Assembly: GCA_963793425.1 (NCBI GenBank)
Contig: CAWCAG010000009.1
Coordinates: 32,001-96,000 of the forward strand
DNA from: an uncultured cyanobacterium
GTDB taxonomy: Bacteria; Cyanobacteriota; Cyanobacteriia; Cyanobacteriales; CAWCAG01
Length of the DNA: 64,000 bases
Reading direction: 5' to 3'
Position numbers and translations under genes: made by a program. Under the pieces are notes generated by a model, which saw only the letters and a program-made list of their open reading frames with translations, had not been told where the DNA came from and searched no databases. Below, in pieces: positions 28,643-39,284 of the stretch (position 1 is the stretch's first letter; every line of letters begins with the position of its first letter).

Positions 28643-30610
28643 CTAACTTTGCCTCAACTTATCCAAGACACTTAAATCCTCCATTGTCGATACATCCCCT
28701 ACTAACTCTTGCCCTGCGGCCAAATTACGTAGGAAACGACGGATAATTTTGCCGGAACGAGTTTTGGGTAAAGCGTCGGTAAAACGAATTTCTCCCGGAC
28801 GGGCGATCGCACCAATTTCTTTGACAACGTGTTGCTTAAGTTCTTTTTTCAACTCATCGCTGGGCTGAGAATTGCTTTCTAAGGTCACAAAAGCATAAAC
28901 ATCCTCTCCCTTAACTTCATCGGGGCGACCGACCACTGCTGCTTCTGCAACTGCGGGGTGAGATACCAATGCCGATTCTACCTCCATTGTACCTAAGCGA
29001 TGTCCTGCTACATTAATAACATCATCTACGCGCCCCATAACCCAGAAATAACCATCTTCATCCTTTCTTGCACCGTCCCCGGCAAAGTATAAATATTGCC
29101 CATCTTTGGGGGGTATATGTTCCCAATAGGTCTTGCGGAATCGTTCATCATCCCCATAAACTGTACGCATCATACTTGGCCAAGGATGCTTAATCACGAG
29201 ATAACCCCCTTGATTATCTTCTACGGGGTTGCCTTCTAGGTCAACAATATCAGCGATAATGCCAGGAAAAGGTAAGGTTGCGGAACCTGGTTTGGTGGGG
29301 GTTGCACCGGGAAGGGGCGTTAGCATAAAGCCTCCGGTTTCAGTTTGCCACCAAGTATCGATGATGGGACAGGTTTCATTACCAATCACTTGATGATACC
29401 ACATCCAAGCTTTGGGGTTAATGGGTTCACCCACAGTTCCCAGGATACGGAGGGAGGATAAATCTCTAGCTTTAGGGTGTTCATCTCCCAACTTAATCAG
29501 CGCCCGAATGGCTGTAGGGGCAGTGTAAAAAATATTCACCCCATACTTTTCTACCACATCCCACCAACAACCAGGGTTAGAGGTACGGGGTACACCTTCA
29601 TACATTAAGCTGGTAGCACCGTTGGACAAAGGGCCATAAACGATGTAGCTGTGGCCAGTAATCCAACCCACATCAGCGGTACACCAATAAACATCAGTTT
29701 CTTTGAGGTCAAAAGCCCATTTTGTGGTTATGTGAGTATAGAGATTGTACCCCCCAGTGGTATGAACAACCCCTTTCGGTTTACCCGTTGTACCGCTAGT
29801 GTAGAGAATGAACAGCAAATCTTCACTATCCATTTGTTCCGCAGGGCAGTTAGGGGAAGCTTGGGGTTGTAAGCCATGCCACCAATGATCTCTACCCTCA
29901 AGCATTTCGATATCTTCTTTGGTACGCTGCACCACCAGAACATTTTCGACACTGGGGGCAGCATTATTTTCTAAAGCCTTATCTACCTGTACTTTCAAAG
30001 GAACAACTTTATCTTTACGGAAACCACCATCAGCAGTAATCACTAACTTTGCTTGGGCATCAACTAAGCGATCCTTCAATGCCTCAGCACTAAAACCACC
30101 AAAAACTACGGTATGTGCCGCACCAATCCGGGCGCAAGCTAACATAGCGATCGCAGCTTCAGGAATCATGGGTAGATAAATGGCGACGCGATCGCCTTTT
30201 TTGACCCCCAATTCCTTCATGACATTGGCACACTGACAAACTTCTCGGTGCAGTTGTCCGTAAGTGATGACGCGGGAGTCCCCAGGTTCCCCTTCCCAGA
30301 TAATTGCTGCTTTGTTTCTACGATGAGTGGTTAAATGACGGTCTAAGCAGTTATAGGAAATATTAATTTTACCTCCTACAAACCATTTAACAAAAGGGGG
30401 TTGCCAATCTAGTACTGTGTCCCATTTTTTAAACCAATGCAGTTCTTGTTCTGCTAATTCTGCCCAAAATTGAGCAGGATCTGCTTGGGCTTTGGCATAA
30501 ATTTCTTGATATTCAGCTAAACTCTTAATATTTGCTTCGGCAGAAAATTCAGCCGGAGGGGGAAAGAGGCGCTTTTCTTGGAGAATTGATTCTATGGTTG
30601 GTTGGGACAT
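28643..30610 (-). CDS. acsA: Acetate-CoA ligase (acetyl-CoA synthetase)
   Basis: [36 protein letters not shown]. Confidence 0.96.
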   Translation of the reverse strand: MSQPTIESILQEKRLFPPPAEFSAEANIKSLAEYQEIYAKAQADPAQFWAELAEQELHWFKKWDTVLDWQPPFVKWFVGGKINISYNCLDRHLTTHRRNKAAIIWEGEPGDSRVITYGQLHREVCQCANVMKELGVKKGDRVAIYLPMIPEAAIAMLACARIGAAHTVVFGGFSAEALKDRLVDAQAKLVITADGGFRKDKVVPLKVQVDKALENNAAPSVENVLVVQRTKEDIEMLEGRDHWWHGLQPQASPNCPAEQMDSEDLLFILYTSGTTGKPKGVVHTTGGYNLYTHITTKWAFDLKETDVYWCTADVGWITGHSYIVYGPLSNGATSLMYEGVPRTSNPGCWWDVVEKYGVNIFYTAPTAIRALIKLGDEHPKARDLSSLRILGTVGEPINPKAWMWYHQVIGNETCPIIDTWWQTETGGFMLTPLPGATPTKPGSATLPFPGIIADIVDLEGNPVEDNQGGYLVIKHPWPSMMRTVYGDDERFRKTYWEHIPPKDGQYLYFAGDGARKDEDGYFWVMGRVDDVINVAGHRLGTMEVESALVSHPAVAEAAVVGRPDEVKGEDVYAFVTLESNSQPSDELKKELKQHVVKEIGAIARPGEIRFTDALPKTRSGKIIRRFLRNLAAGQELVGDVSTMEDLSVLDKLRQS

Positions 30611-30739
30611 TTTTAATAGTTAGGGGTAAGAGTATAATCCTATATCTATCAGCATTTGAGTCAATTTTAGGTTACAATTTCTTGACTCTATAATTCCAAG
30701 CCACCTTAGCTGTAGGTGAATTAGGAAGAAAGGCAACCC

Positions 30740-31636
30740 ATGAGTAAATCGATACGCAAAAAAAACTCTAGTCAATGGTCAAAAGAAGTTGACGATTTTA
30801 TTCGTGGGGCTTCAGGAGGCTTTCTCTTTGGTATTCCCTTGCTATACACTATGGAAGTTTGGTGGATTGGCTCCTATATTGAACCTCCAAGAATGTTAGG
30901 CTTGTTGGCTGTTACCTATGTCGTTGTCTTCTTATTAAACCGAGTTGAAGGTTTTCGTGAGAATAGCAACCAAGTTATTGATGCGGCGATGGAAAGTGTT
31001 GAAGCTTTAACCATTGGTATAATTTGCACTACTTTCCTGTTAATTTTGTTGCGCCGTATCACCCTAGAAACTTCTTTAGATGAAGCCTTGGGAAAAATTA
31101 TTCTAGAAAGCATACCTTTCTCTTTGGGGGTAACTCTATCACGGTCATTTTTACAAGGCGATCGCAGTTTATCTCAACAGCAAAAAGACTCTTCGGGTCA
31201 ATCCCACCAGAAAGCTCAAAAAGCTAATCACCCTAACTTCTATGAAACTTTAGCAGATATCAGTGCCACCCTTATTGGTGCAATTATGATTGCTTTTAGC
31301 ATTGCCCCTACAGATGAAATTCCGTTACTAGCGGCTGCTTCTTCACCATTTTGGTTGATTGCCATTATAGTTGTTTCTTTGCTCATCTCCTTTGGTATTG
31401 TCTTTGCTGCGGGATTAACAGATCAACGAAAACGCCAGCAACAGCGGGGTATTTTCCAGACTCCTGGGGGAGAAACCCTTCTTTCTTACTTAGTCTCTTT
31501 ATTGGCTTCTGGTTTAATGCTCTGGTTTTTTGCTCAACTTAGTTTAAGTGATCCTTGGTTTATGTGGTTGCGTTATACTCTTTTGTTGGGTTTACCTGCA
31601 ACCATTGGTGGGGCTGCAGGACGTTTGGCCCTATGA
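30740..31636 (+). CDS. TIGR02587-family integral membrane protein
   Basis: GGFLFGIPLLYTMEVWWIG, IAPTDEI, LPATIGGAAGRL. Confidence 0.8.
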   Translation: MSKSIRKKNSSQWSKEVDDFIRGASGGFLFGIPLLYTMEVWWIGSYIEPPRMLGLLAVTYVVVFLLNRVEGFRENSNQVIDAAMESVEALTIGIICTTFLLILLRRITLETSLDEALGKIILESIPFSLGVTLSRSFLQGDRSLSQQQKDSSGQSHQKAQKANHPNFYETLADISATLIGAIMIAFSIAPTDEIPLLAAASSPFWLIAIIVVSLLISFGIVFAAGLTDQRKRQQQRGIFQTPGGETLLSYLVSLLASGLMLWFFAQLSLSDPWFMWLRYTLLLGLPATIGGAAGRLAL

Positions 31637-32037
31637 GTAAAAAACGTTCTGCTCAGAAATTATCAAATCGTTCCCCCGCAGAAAAAGTAAGTTTTGTGAT
31701 CGCTTTATCTATCCTTTCTTTAATCGTCGGATTGGTGTTTTATAGTTGGTTTACAGGAGAAAACGAGCCTCCGATTTTATCTGTAAGTGTGCAAACAGAA
31801 ATTCGTCAAGTTGAAGGGCAATTCTATATACCTTTTAAGGTAACGAACAAAGGAGGGGTTACAGTAGAATCAGTGCAGATCATTGCTGAATTAGAAGAGC
31901 AAGAATTACAGGAAATTGGGCAACAGGAATTTAACTTCCTTTCCGGCGGGGAAGTTAGGGAAGGAGCATTTATTTCTCCTCGCGATCCTAATTTAGGGAA
32001 ATTAATGATTAGGGTAGCAAGTTATAAGTTGCCTTGA
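31633..32037 (+). CDS. TIGR02588-family protein
   Basis: ATGA overlap with the upstream gene; TM helix, then FYIPFKVTNKGGVT and FLSGGE motifs. Confidence 0.75.
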   Translation: MSKKRSAQKLSNRSPAEKVSFVIALSILSLIVGLVFYSWFTGENEPPILSVSVQTEIRQVEGQFYIPFKVTNKGGVTVESVQIIAELEEQELQEIGQQEFNFLSGGEVREGAFISPRDPNLGKLMIRVASYKLP

Positions 32038-32126
32038 TTTTAGTTACTAATTAGGCTAGTTACGGCCCAGAAAAACCCTCGGCTGGGTAGCATAGATTTA
32101 TAGATATCCATAGGTTAGATATTACC

Positions 32127-32954
32127 ATGAAGCAACCTTCACTACGAACTACTACCGCAATCTTTTTAGGCAGTATTTTGACTTTGGGTACGGTAGCTTG
32201 TAGTCAAGATTCTGAGCCTGCTTCCACCGCTGAAGTTTCTCCTGCTGAGGCAGCGGCAGTGGTGGAAGCGTCTCCTTCTCCTTCCCTTTCCCCTTCACCC
32301 CAAGCATCTCTTTCCCCTTCCCCTCAAGAAGATTCTTTCCAAGAAGCTTTCGATATGGCCACAGGAGCAACTGCTATGGGCAAATCCGCCCTAGCTAGGG
32401 AAGATTGGGTTTTAATTGTTCAACGCTGGGAAAAGGTGATTAAGTTATTAGAAACAGTACCAGCTTCTAGCCCTAACCATAAAATAGCTCAGGAAAAGTT
32501 AGCAGAGTACAAAAGTTATTTAGCCAAGGCAAAGCAAAGAGCAACTCCTCGCCCTGATGTTGGAGAAACCATTAGTGATGCTAATCCTAAGTTTTTCTCC
32601 ATACCAATTAAAGCAAAATCCCAAGGTATACCTATTGTAGCGGTGACTTTTAATGGTAGCAAGACCTTTGATATGCTTTTTGATACAGGGGCAACTAATA
32701 CCCTGATTACTCAATCTATAGCCCAAGCTTTGGAGTTAAGGGCGATTAGCAGTTCTAATATTATTATTGCTAATGGTTCTATAGTTTCTATGCCTGTAAT
32801 GCAACTAGAATCTATGGCAACTGATGGCCGAGTTAAAACCAATGTCAGGGTGGCTATGGCTGAAAGTATGCCCATTGGTTTATTGGGGCAGGATTTTTAT
32901 GCCGGTTACGACATTAATATTAAAACTGGGGTTATTGAATTTACCAGGAGATAA
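32127..32954 (+). CDS. Lipoprotein with retropepsin-like aspartyl protease domain
   Basis: Lipobox TVAC; FDTGAT catalytic motif; GLLGQDF. Confidence 0.85.
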   Translation: MKQPSLRTTTAIFLGSILTLGTVACSQDSEPASTAEVSPAEAAAVVEASPSPSLSPSPQASLSPSPQEDSFQEAFDMATGATAMGKSALAREDWVLIVQRWEKVIKLLETVPASSPNHKIAQEKLAEYKSYLAKAKQRATPRPDVGETISDANPKFFSIPIKAKSQGIPIVAVTFNGSKTFDMLFDTGATNTLITQSIAQALELRAISSSNIIIANGSIVSMPVMQLESMATDGRVKTNVRVAMAESMPIGLLGQDFYAGYDINIKTGVIEFTRR

Positions 32955-32993
32955 AAGGAGATAAAAGAAGATGGGAAGACTGGGACTAATTAA

Positions 32994-33410
32994 TTAATCC
33001 TGTTCTAATGAGGTAATGTTTGCTTTTAAAACATCAGGATTATTGGCAAGATAAGCTATTAACCAATGGATTTGAGCAACGGTAATTTCTACTAACTTTT
33101 CTTCTGTAGGTTGAGCTAATCCTTGTTCTTGCATAGCCTCAAGAATCTGCTTTCTCAATTCAGCAACTGCTTCTTCAATGGGGGTAGGATCAATCATGGT
33201 TGGTTGCTGTTGCAATTCTATTACTGAAAGGGCATTAACAAGATTGACTTGGCAGATATCTAAATAATCATCAACTCTTTCCCAAGCGGCTGCTAAATCA
33301 GGTTTAGAGCTTATCTCTTCTTCTATTTCTCTTAAGATAGTTAAAGCTTGTTTAAGTCGCTCTGAAATATTTTTTTGTTGATCAGATTCATTTTGTTCTG
33401 AGTTTGTCAT
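32994..33410 (-). CDS. Hypothetical protein
   Basis: 138-aa helical ORF with ATG start. Confidence 0.5.
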   Translation of the reverse strand: MTNSEQNESDQQKNISERLKQALTILREIEEEISSKPDLAAAWERVDDYLDICQVNLVNALSVIELQQQPTMIDPTPIEEAVAELRKQILEAMQEQGLAQPTEEKLVEITVAQIHWLIAYLANNPDVLKANITSLEQD

Positions 33411-33451
33411 CTTAATTTCCCCTGCATAATCACCTTAAAGTAATCATACAG

Positions 33452-34150
33452 TTAATCTAATTTTGCTTGATGTTCACACTTAAAACCTTTCTTTTGCCAA
33501 GCATCCATATTTACCTCCGTTAACCTTTTTAAATCAGGGCAAGAAGGACGTACAAATTGACTAATAATAGCCCAAAAGAAGCTGCGAGTGACATCTAAAC
33601 TAGTTTTTAAACTAGACTCTTGATTACCAGGAATACCCTTTTCCGGGGCAATATCTGTTTCCACCCAAATACCATGAGAACCGAGAATAATTTGAGCCAT
33701 CCATTGGGCGCGAGGGAGATGAGTTTGAGAAGTAATTAATTTAACTTTATGGACTTTCCAGTTGCGGAGAATATCAAGACCATAATAAAAATTAGTAAAG
33801 GTATTATGAGCACAATGCTCTAACCAAACCTGATCTTGATTAGCGTTTTCTCTTTTAAAAATTAACCGAATACAAGGATCTAAAGAACCTTGAGAAATAA
33901 TAATTTTTGCTTGGGGATAATCTTTAGCTAATTTTGCTGCATAAATTTCTCGGCGAATGCTACCTCCTAAAACCAAGAAAGCATCTACCGATTGTTGTTG
34001 GTGTAAAAATAGTTTGAGGCTAATTATTAACAACCAAGTACTAAGAAAAAGTCCTAGGGCGATGCCCAGGCGCTTTTGATAATTAGTCATGGACAAACTT
34101 TGAGAGATATTCCACTTTGGTAGTGTAATCTGCTGAAGCAATAAAAGCAT
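33452..34150 (-). CDS. YdcF/DUF218-family protein
   Basis: FLVLGGS, A.NTFTNF, LITSQTHLPRA; start codon uncertain. Confidence 0.8.
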   Translation of the reverse strand: MLLLLQQITLPKWNISQSLSMTNYQKRLGIALGLFLSTWLLIISLKLFLHQQQSVDAFLVLGGSIRREIYAAKLAKDYPQAKIIISQGSLDPCIRLIFKRENANQDQVWLEHCAHNTFTNFYYGLDILRNWKVHKVKLITSQTHLPRAQWMAQIILGSHGIWVETDIAPEKGIPGNQESSLKTSLDVTRSFFWAIISQFVRPSCPDLKRLTEVNMDAWQKKGFKCEHQAKLD

Positions 34151-34213
34151 ACACTATACTAATAGCGGTTCCGTGTCATATCCACATTAGAAACTCTCTT
34201 TCCTCGTCCATAG

Positions 34214-36415
34214 ATGTTTTCTCAACTAAAATATCAACTAAGCTCTTGGCGATCGCAAGCTTTATCGACTTGGAAAGGTAGAGTTGCGGTAACCAGTGTG
34301 GTAGTTACAGGGTTAGTATTAATCACTCGTCAGTTGGGTTTGTTACAAGGCTTTGAACTCAGCGCCTATGACCAATTGCTACGCTGGAAACCAGAAAGAG
34401 GGGAAGATGAGCGTATTTTGGTGGTTGGTATCACCGAAGAAGATATTAAAAGTACTATCAAAGAATTTCCTGTTTCAGATGGAACCCTTGCTAAAGCTTT
34501 AAACAAAATTCAGGCCAACAAACCCAGGGCAATTGCTTTAGATATTATTAGGGATGTACCAGTTGGTAAAGGTCACAGTAAATTAGTTAAAGAATTTGAG
34601 CAACCAAATTTAATTGCTGTTTGTCAAATGAATGAGGCGGAAGATCCTGGATTTGCCCCGCCCCCAAAACTGCCTGCTGAACAAGTAGGTTTTGCTGATC
34701 TTCCCCAAGATGCTGATGACGTTTACCGTCGCAGTTTGTTACTTGCCCTTCCCCCTATTCCAGATAGAGACTATAGCAGCCAACATTTATGTAATGATGC
34801 CGAATCAGAAGAGTTACTTTATTCCCTCTCTTTAGCTGCATCTACCCTTTACCTAGAAGAGGAGGGCATAGAAAGAGAAATTACTGAATATGATGACCTG
34901 CAATTCGGAGAAACTATCTTTCCTTTCCTCTCTCCTAATGCTGGAGGCTATCATAATATTTTTGCTGATGGACTGCAAATTTTAATCGATTACCGTTCCG
35001 CCAAAAATCCGACTAACTTCGTCAGCCTCAATGACATCCTTACCGATAAAGTAGATCCAGAATTAATCCGCGATCGCCTAGTTTTCATCGGTTATGAGGC
35101 AAAAAGTTCTCAGGATACCTTCAACACTCCTTACAGTGCAGCCCTAGAAACAAATCCTCGAATGCCTGGGGTCGTAGTTCATGCCCAAGTTGCTAGCCAA
35201 ATTCTCGGTGCTGTCTTAGATAATCGCCCTTTAATTTGGTATTTGCCTGATCCAGTGGAATGGTTATGGATCTTAGGCTGGGCAGTGCTGGGGGGTCTTT
35301 TAGCCCTACCAAAATTGAAACTGTGGCAAGTGGCTTTAGCAGATGGTGTAGCTATAGGGGTGTTGGTTGGTACAAGTTATGGACTCTTCCTGTTAGCGGC
35401 TTGGATACCTTTAATACCTCCTGGTTTAGGCTTAGTAATGGCTTCGGTAGGAGTAGTTTTAGTAGATAGAGTACCGGCGATTAAAAAGCTGCTCAAAATT
35501 GATATTGATATCGATTGGGAAAGGGTGAAAAAAGATGCTGATCAAGCTCTAGGAGCTGAGTCTCCTAAAGAGGAAGTCGCAGCAACCGTTTCTGAAGTTA
35601 CAACGGAACAAGATAATTATTTAACTCAGTTGCAAACCAGGGCTGAAACTAGACGTAAGCAAACCAGAAAAGCAACCACAGGAAGAGTTGTTCCGGTTAA
35701 TCAAGTTTCTGAAACAGCAACTAAAGATAACTTTTTAGCCCAATTGCAAGATAAAGCTCAAACAAGAAGAAGCAAACGCCAGAGTCCAACCACTGAAATT
35801 TCTTCGCCAGCAACAGAAGACAACTTTTTAGGGGCGTTGCAACAAAAAGCTCAAGCCCGGAGAAATCAGGAAAGAAGACCTTCTGCTACTAGGGTAAAAC
35901 CTTCAGTTAACCCAGTTTCTCAAACTACTGCGAAGGATAACTTTTTATCTCAACTACAAACCAAAGCCTTAGCAAGAAGAAATAAAAGGCAACTATCTTC
36001 TCCGGTTGCAGAGATACCCACAACAGAAAGTAACTTCTTAACTCAACTGCAAGCCAAAGCACAAACTAGAAGGAACAAAGCCAAACAAACCCGCCCCCCT
36101 CTTCTTACTCCAGTAGTTAATTCAGGGTCGAAAACAAGGACAGGGGTCAAAGATAATTTCTTGACCCAATTACAAGCCAAGGCCCAAACTAGAAGGAATA
36201 AAGGTAAAAGAAAAACTACAGCTATCTCCCTTCCACCCCAGGGGAGTTATATTGAGCAGCTTAAACAACAATCAAAGCAACGCTTGCAAGAAGCAACTAC
36301 CCAAGCTTCTCCACCGCCAGTTATAGCTACTAGCCAAGTTTCTCATTCCAAGGTGCGTAATAAGTACCTAGAGGATCTTTTAGCCAGATCAAAAAGATTG
36401 AGAAGCGGAGATTAA
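34214..36415 (+). CDS. CHASE2 sensor-domain membrane protein with a repetitive cytoplasmic tail
   Basis: ELSAYDQL, ILVVGITEEDI, IALDIIRD, VGFAD, PGVVVHAQ, three TM helices; repeated DNFLxQLQxKA motif. Confidence 0.85.
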   Translation: MFSQLKYQLSSWRSQALSTWKGRVAVTSVVVTGLVLITRQLGLLQGFELSAYDQLLRWKPERGEDERILVVGITEEDIKSTIKEFPVSDGTLAKALNKIQANKPRAIALDIIRDVPVGKGHSKLVKEFEQPNLIAVCQMNEAEDPGFAPPPKLPAEQVGFADLPQDADDVYRRSLLLALPPIPDRDYSSQHLCNDAESEELLYSLSLAASTLYLEEEGIEREITEYDDLQFGETIFPFLSPNAGGYHNIFADGLQILIDYRSAKNPTNFVSLNDILTDKVDPELIRDRLVFIGYEAKSSQDTFNTPYSAALETNPRMPGVVVHAQVASQILGAVLDNRPLIWYLPDPVEWLWILGWAVLGGLLALPKLKLWQVALADGVAIGVLVGTSYGLFLLAAWIPLIPPGLGLVMASVGVVLVDRVPAIKKLLKIDIDIDWERVKKDADQALGAESPKEEVAATVSEVTTEQDNYLTQLQTRAETRRKQTRKATTGRVVPVNQVSETATKDNFLAQLQDKAQTRRSKRQSPTTEISSPATEDNFLGALQQKAQARRNQERRPSATRVKPSVNPVSQTTAKDNFLSQLQTKALARRNKRQLSSPVAEIPTTESNFLTQLQAKAQTRRNKAKQTRPPLLTPVVNSGSKTRTGVKDNFLTQLQAKAQTRRNKGKRKTTAISLPPQGSYIEQLKQQSKQRLQEATTQASPPPVIATSQVSHSKVRNKYLEDLLARSKRLRSGD

Positions 36416-36889
36416 GCTAGTACTCTGTCAATTTTTAATTAACGGGTAAAGGGGTAAAAGTTATCCCTCAATATAAAGCGGATGCAGCGTTAGTTATATA
36501 AGTTTTGATTAAACCAAATTCAGTTTGCGATTAAATATTTTAACTTTACATAACTTCAACTTGTCAAATGTCAAGAGCAAAAAAATTTTCAGAGGACGCA
36601 TTTACGTGGTTTAATGGGATTATTAAAAAATAAGAGTGCTATACTTTTATCTAAAATGAAACTACAATCTCTACAATCTAGATATAGCGTTACATTATCC
36701 ACCATTAACCCTCAAAATCACGGCGAAAAGAAATGCTTGGATCAACAATTTTTTAGGCTCTTGAAAAAGTTTTTTTGACAAATGAGGCAATTAATGCAAT
36801 TTGCGATCACCTCACAAGACATCTCCTAAAATCAAAAACAAAATCGATCCTTTCTTCTATTCCCTTGTCTCCTAAGCAATAGCCGGGGT

Positions 36890-36943
36890 TGGTAAGAAAG
36901 AAGCCCACACTTACAGCAAGCTGAAGTGTGGGAGTATTGTCAC
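36890..36943 (+). mobile_element. IS200/IS605-like right-end remnant (hairpin ending in TCAC)
   Basis: GAAGCCCACACTT...AAGTGTGGGAGTATTGTCAC; layout resembles cyanobacterial tnpB-element right ends. Confidence 0.5.
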
Positions 36944-37398
36944 AGTGGTGTCACCTGAATTTCTATTTCCGCATCTACTTCAGGATGAAGTTTAACCTGA
37001 GCTTTGTAGAAACCAATTTTGTTGATTTCTGGTAAAGTGATGCCGCGACGATCAATCTCTTGCCCTGTAGCAGCTTCAACGGCTTCAGCCACTTCAATAC
37101 TAGTAACTGTACCAAAAATCGCCTCATCTTCTCCCACTTGCTTCTTAATATTGAAACGACCAATGGTTTCTAAAGCGGTCTTGCGACTTTGGGCTTGGCG
37201 TTTAATCTCCTCTAATCTTAATCTTTCCTTCTCTCTTCTTTGTTCCACCTGCTTAATAATCCCACGAGTAGCAGGAACCGCCATGCCCTGGGGAATCAAG
37301 TAATTACGGGCATAACCTGGGGCGACTTCTAATAAATCTCCAGATTGACCCAGCTTACCAACATCTTTATTAAGTACTACTTGAACTCGTTTAGCCAT
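36940..37398 (-). CDS. rplI: 50S ribosomal protein L9
   Basis: MAKRVQVVL...[34 protein letters not shown]. Confidence 0.96.
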   Translation of the reverse strand: MAKRVQVVLNKDVGKLGQSGDLLEVAPGYARNYLIPQGMAVPATRGIIKQVEQRREKERLRLEEIKRQAQSRKTALETIGRFNIKKQVGEDEAIFGTVTSIEVAEAVEAATGQEIDRRGITLPEINKIGFYKAQVKLHPEVDAEIEIQVTPL

Positions 37399-37716
37399 AA
37401 TTTTTCCTCTCGGCACTGCCGCTTAACTATAAACTGTCTCAAAGCAAAATATTTTTGAGCAATAACATTCCATCATATCAAGTTTGCTTGGACAATTGCA
37501 AAATTCAAAATTAGGGAGCAGCACTAAGTCATTCATATAAGCCTTCTTGCACCTAGTAAGTAATATCAAGCCGAATAAACAGCTTTTCGCTAATAGTAAT
37601 TTTCTCTAGCGGTAACAAACTTGACTAGGGTGGGATAATAAATTTAGCTCATCATCAACGGTCTTACATTCATCATCTCTACCATAATTGTTAAACAATG
37701 GGACAAGAGTTAAATT

Positions 37717-38178
37717 ATGTCATACCTATCAATGACTAGGTTAAAGCTTAAATCTCCTCGTTACTTAATTCGGTTCTGGAACTATAACGAGAAAATAGTG
37801 CGCCAGATGCAAACAGCAGAGGGTTTCTTACAAGGTAAGTTGTTAGCAAACTATAGTCTGGCAATGTGGACAACAACCCTTTGGACATCCTCTGAAGCAC
37901 TAAAAGAATTTTATCTTAATGGCTCTCATCAAGAGGTAATAGCGAGAATAAGTGAATGGTCTTCTGAGGCTGTTCACTTTTCCAAATACGTCAGTACAAA
38001 GGAGTTACCATCTTGGCAACAAATAGGAAGTGAACTTGCTCATCAAGGAAGATTTCAAGAACTGAAGCAACCATCACTTAATCAGCAAAACAAAGTGGTT
38101 TTACCACCAAAATTTGTGAATTTAGTTAAAGAAGTTACGGCAACTCAGATCAAATCTTACATTTCTCTAAATAAGTAA
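37717..38178 (+). CDS. DUF3291/ABM-like dimeric alpha-beta barrel protein
   Basis: QMQTAEGFLQG...WTTTLWTSSEALKEF..GSHQEV pattern. Confidence 0.55.
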   Translation: MSYLSMTRLKLKSPRYLIRFWNYNEKIVRQMQTAEGFLQGKLLANYSLAMWTTTLWTSSEALKEFYLNGSHQEVIARISEWSSEAVHFSKYVSTKELPSWQQIGSELAHQGRFQELKQPSLNQQNKVVLPPKFVNLVKEVTATQIKSYISLNK

Positions 38179-38204
38179 AACTTCTCCTTGATTTTCTTTT
38201 AAAA

Positions 38205-39023
38205 ATGGCACAAGAAAGCTTAAACGAAGGTCTAATTATCGATGGACTTAAAGAAGCTTTTCCCCAGAAAAAGCCTCTTTTAATCAGCCAAAACTATGGC
38301 TTAGAGAATATATTTTTAGTGCAGTATCAATACCCACCCCATGAACTCCCAGAACACGCTGTTCCCTACAATGTTTTAGAGGTTATTGACCGCCGATACT
38401 TTTCACCCCATAAGCGACGTTTAGCTGATAATTTATATACTAAACCTTTGCGCGGCGGTGAAGTATTTTTTTATCCTCAACATTGCGACCACCATATTAG
38501 GTGGGACAAAGAAATGATGTTCACACTACTAAATTTTAGACCACAACTTTTTGAGCAAGAGTTTGGTTGTAGTAGTTCTGCCGAGCTTTTTCCTTATTTT
38601 CAAGAATGTAATCCTGAAATTTATACCTTGGTTAATCTAATTATAGAAGGACTGAAACAAGAGTATATAAATGTTAGTTACATTGACTGTTTAGCTTTAG
38701 CTCTTGCCAAACATCTTGTACCATTAATGGGTTTAAGATATAAGGTTACTCAAGAAAGTCAATTAGCTAAAAAAATAGTCAAGGAACTTGTAGATTTTAT
38801 TGAATCAGAAATTGAATTAGGCCGTAAACCTACACTACCAGAACTAACTAAGCAAGCCGGATTTCAAAGTCAATCGTACTTCAGTAAACTCTTCAAAAAA
38901 GACCTAGGAGTTGCACCATGCAAATATGTTACCCAAAGAGCAATAGAACGTGCTAAGTATTTGCTCAAAAAAACAGATATAGCCTTTCTCGGACTGATGA
39001 GGTACATTTCCACTAGCCACTAG
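38205..39023 (+). pseudogene. AraC-family regulator truncated by a MITE
   Basis: First HTH intact (SYFSKLFKKDLGVAP..YV..R.IERAKYLL); after KKTDI the frame runs into a MITE at 38978; second HTH missing. Confidence 0.75.
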
Positions 39024-39072
39024 CCAAAGCGCAAAAACCAGGCTGTACCTCACTAGCCTAAGAATCGCTATA
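38978..39072 (+). mobile_element. MITE with TATAGC...TGAGGTACA / TGTACCTCA...GCTATA inverted arms
   Basis: Inverted arms; first 32 nt are identical to the reverse complement of 43743-43774. Confidence 0.8.
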
Positions 39073-39284
39073 TCCCTCTTCTATCAATCTCCGGAAACAA
39101 AAGTCATTTCTAAATTCTGGAGCTTTTGTATAGTATGCGATCGCAATATTTTTTCTTCCTAAAAATTCTTGCAAGCAGCAAAATTGCCAAAATTCGATTA
39201 TTGCACTCTGCATTCCCTAGTATATCATTTGTCCAGGAAGTTCAAATAATAGGAAAAATCGGAATCTGACAGAAGAGGGATATA

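Noticed and set aside
36417..36730. Possible second MITE starting CTAGTACTCTGTCAATTTTTAATTAACGGG, with a similar arm near 3685-3720
   Set aside because: I could not identify a convincing matching opposite end or target duplication
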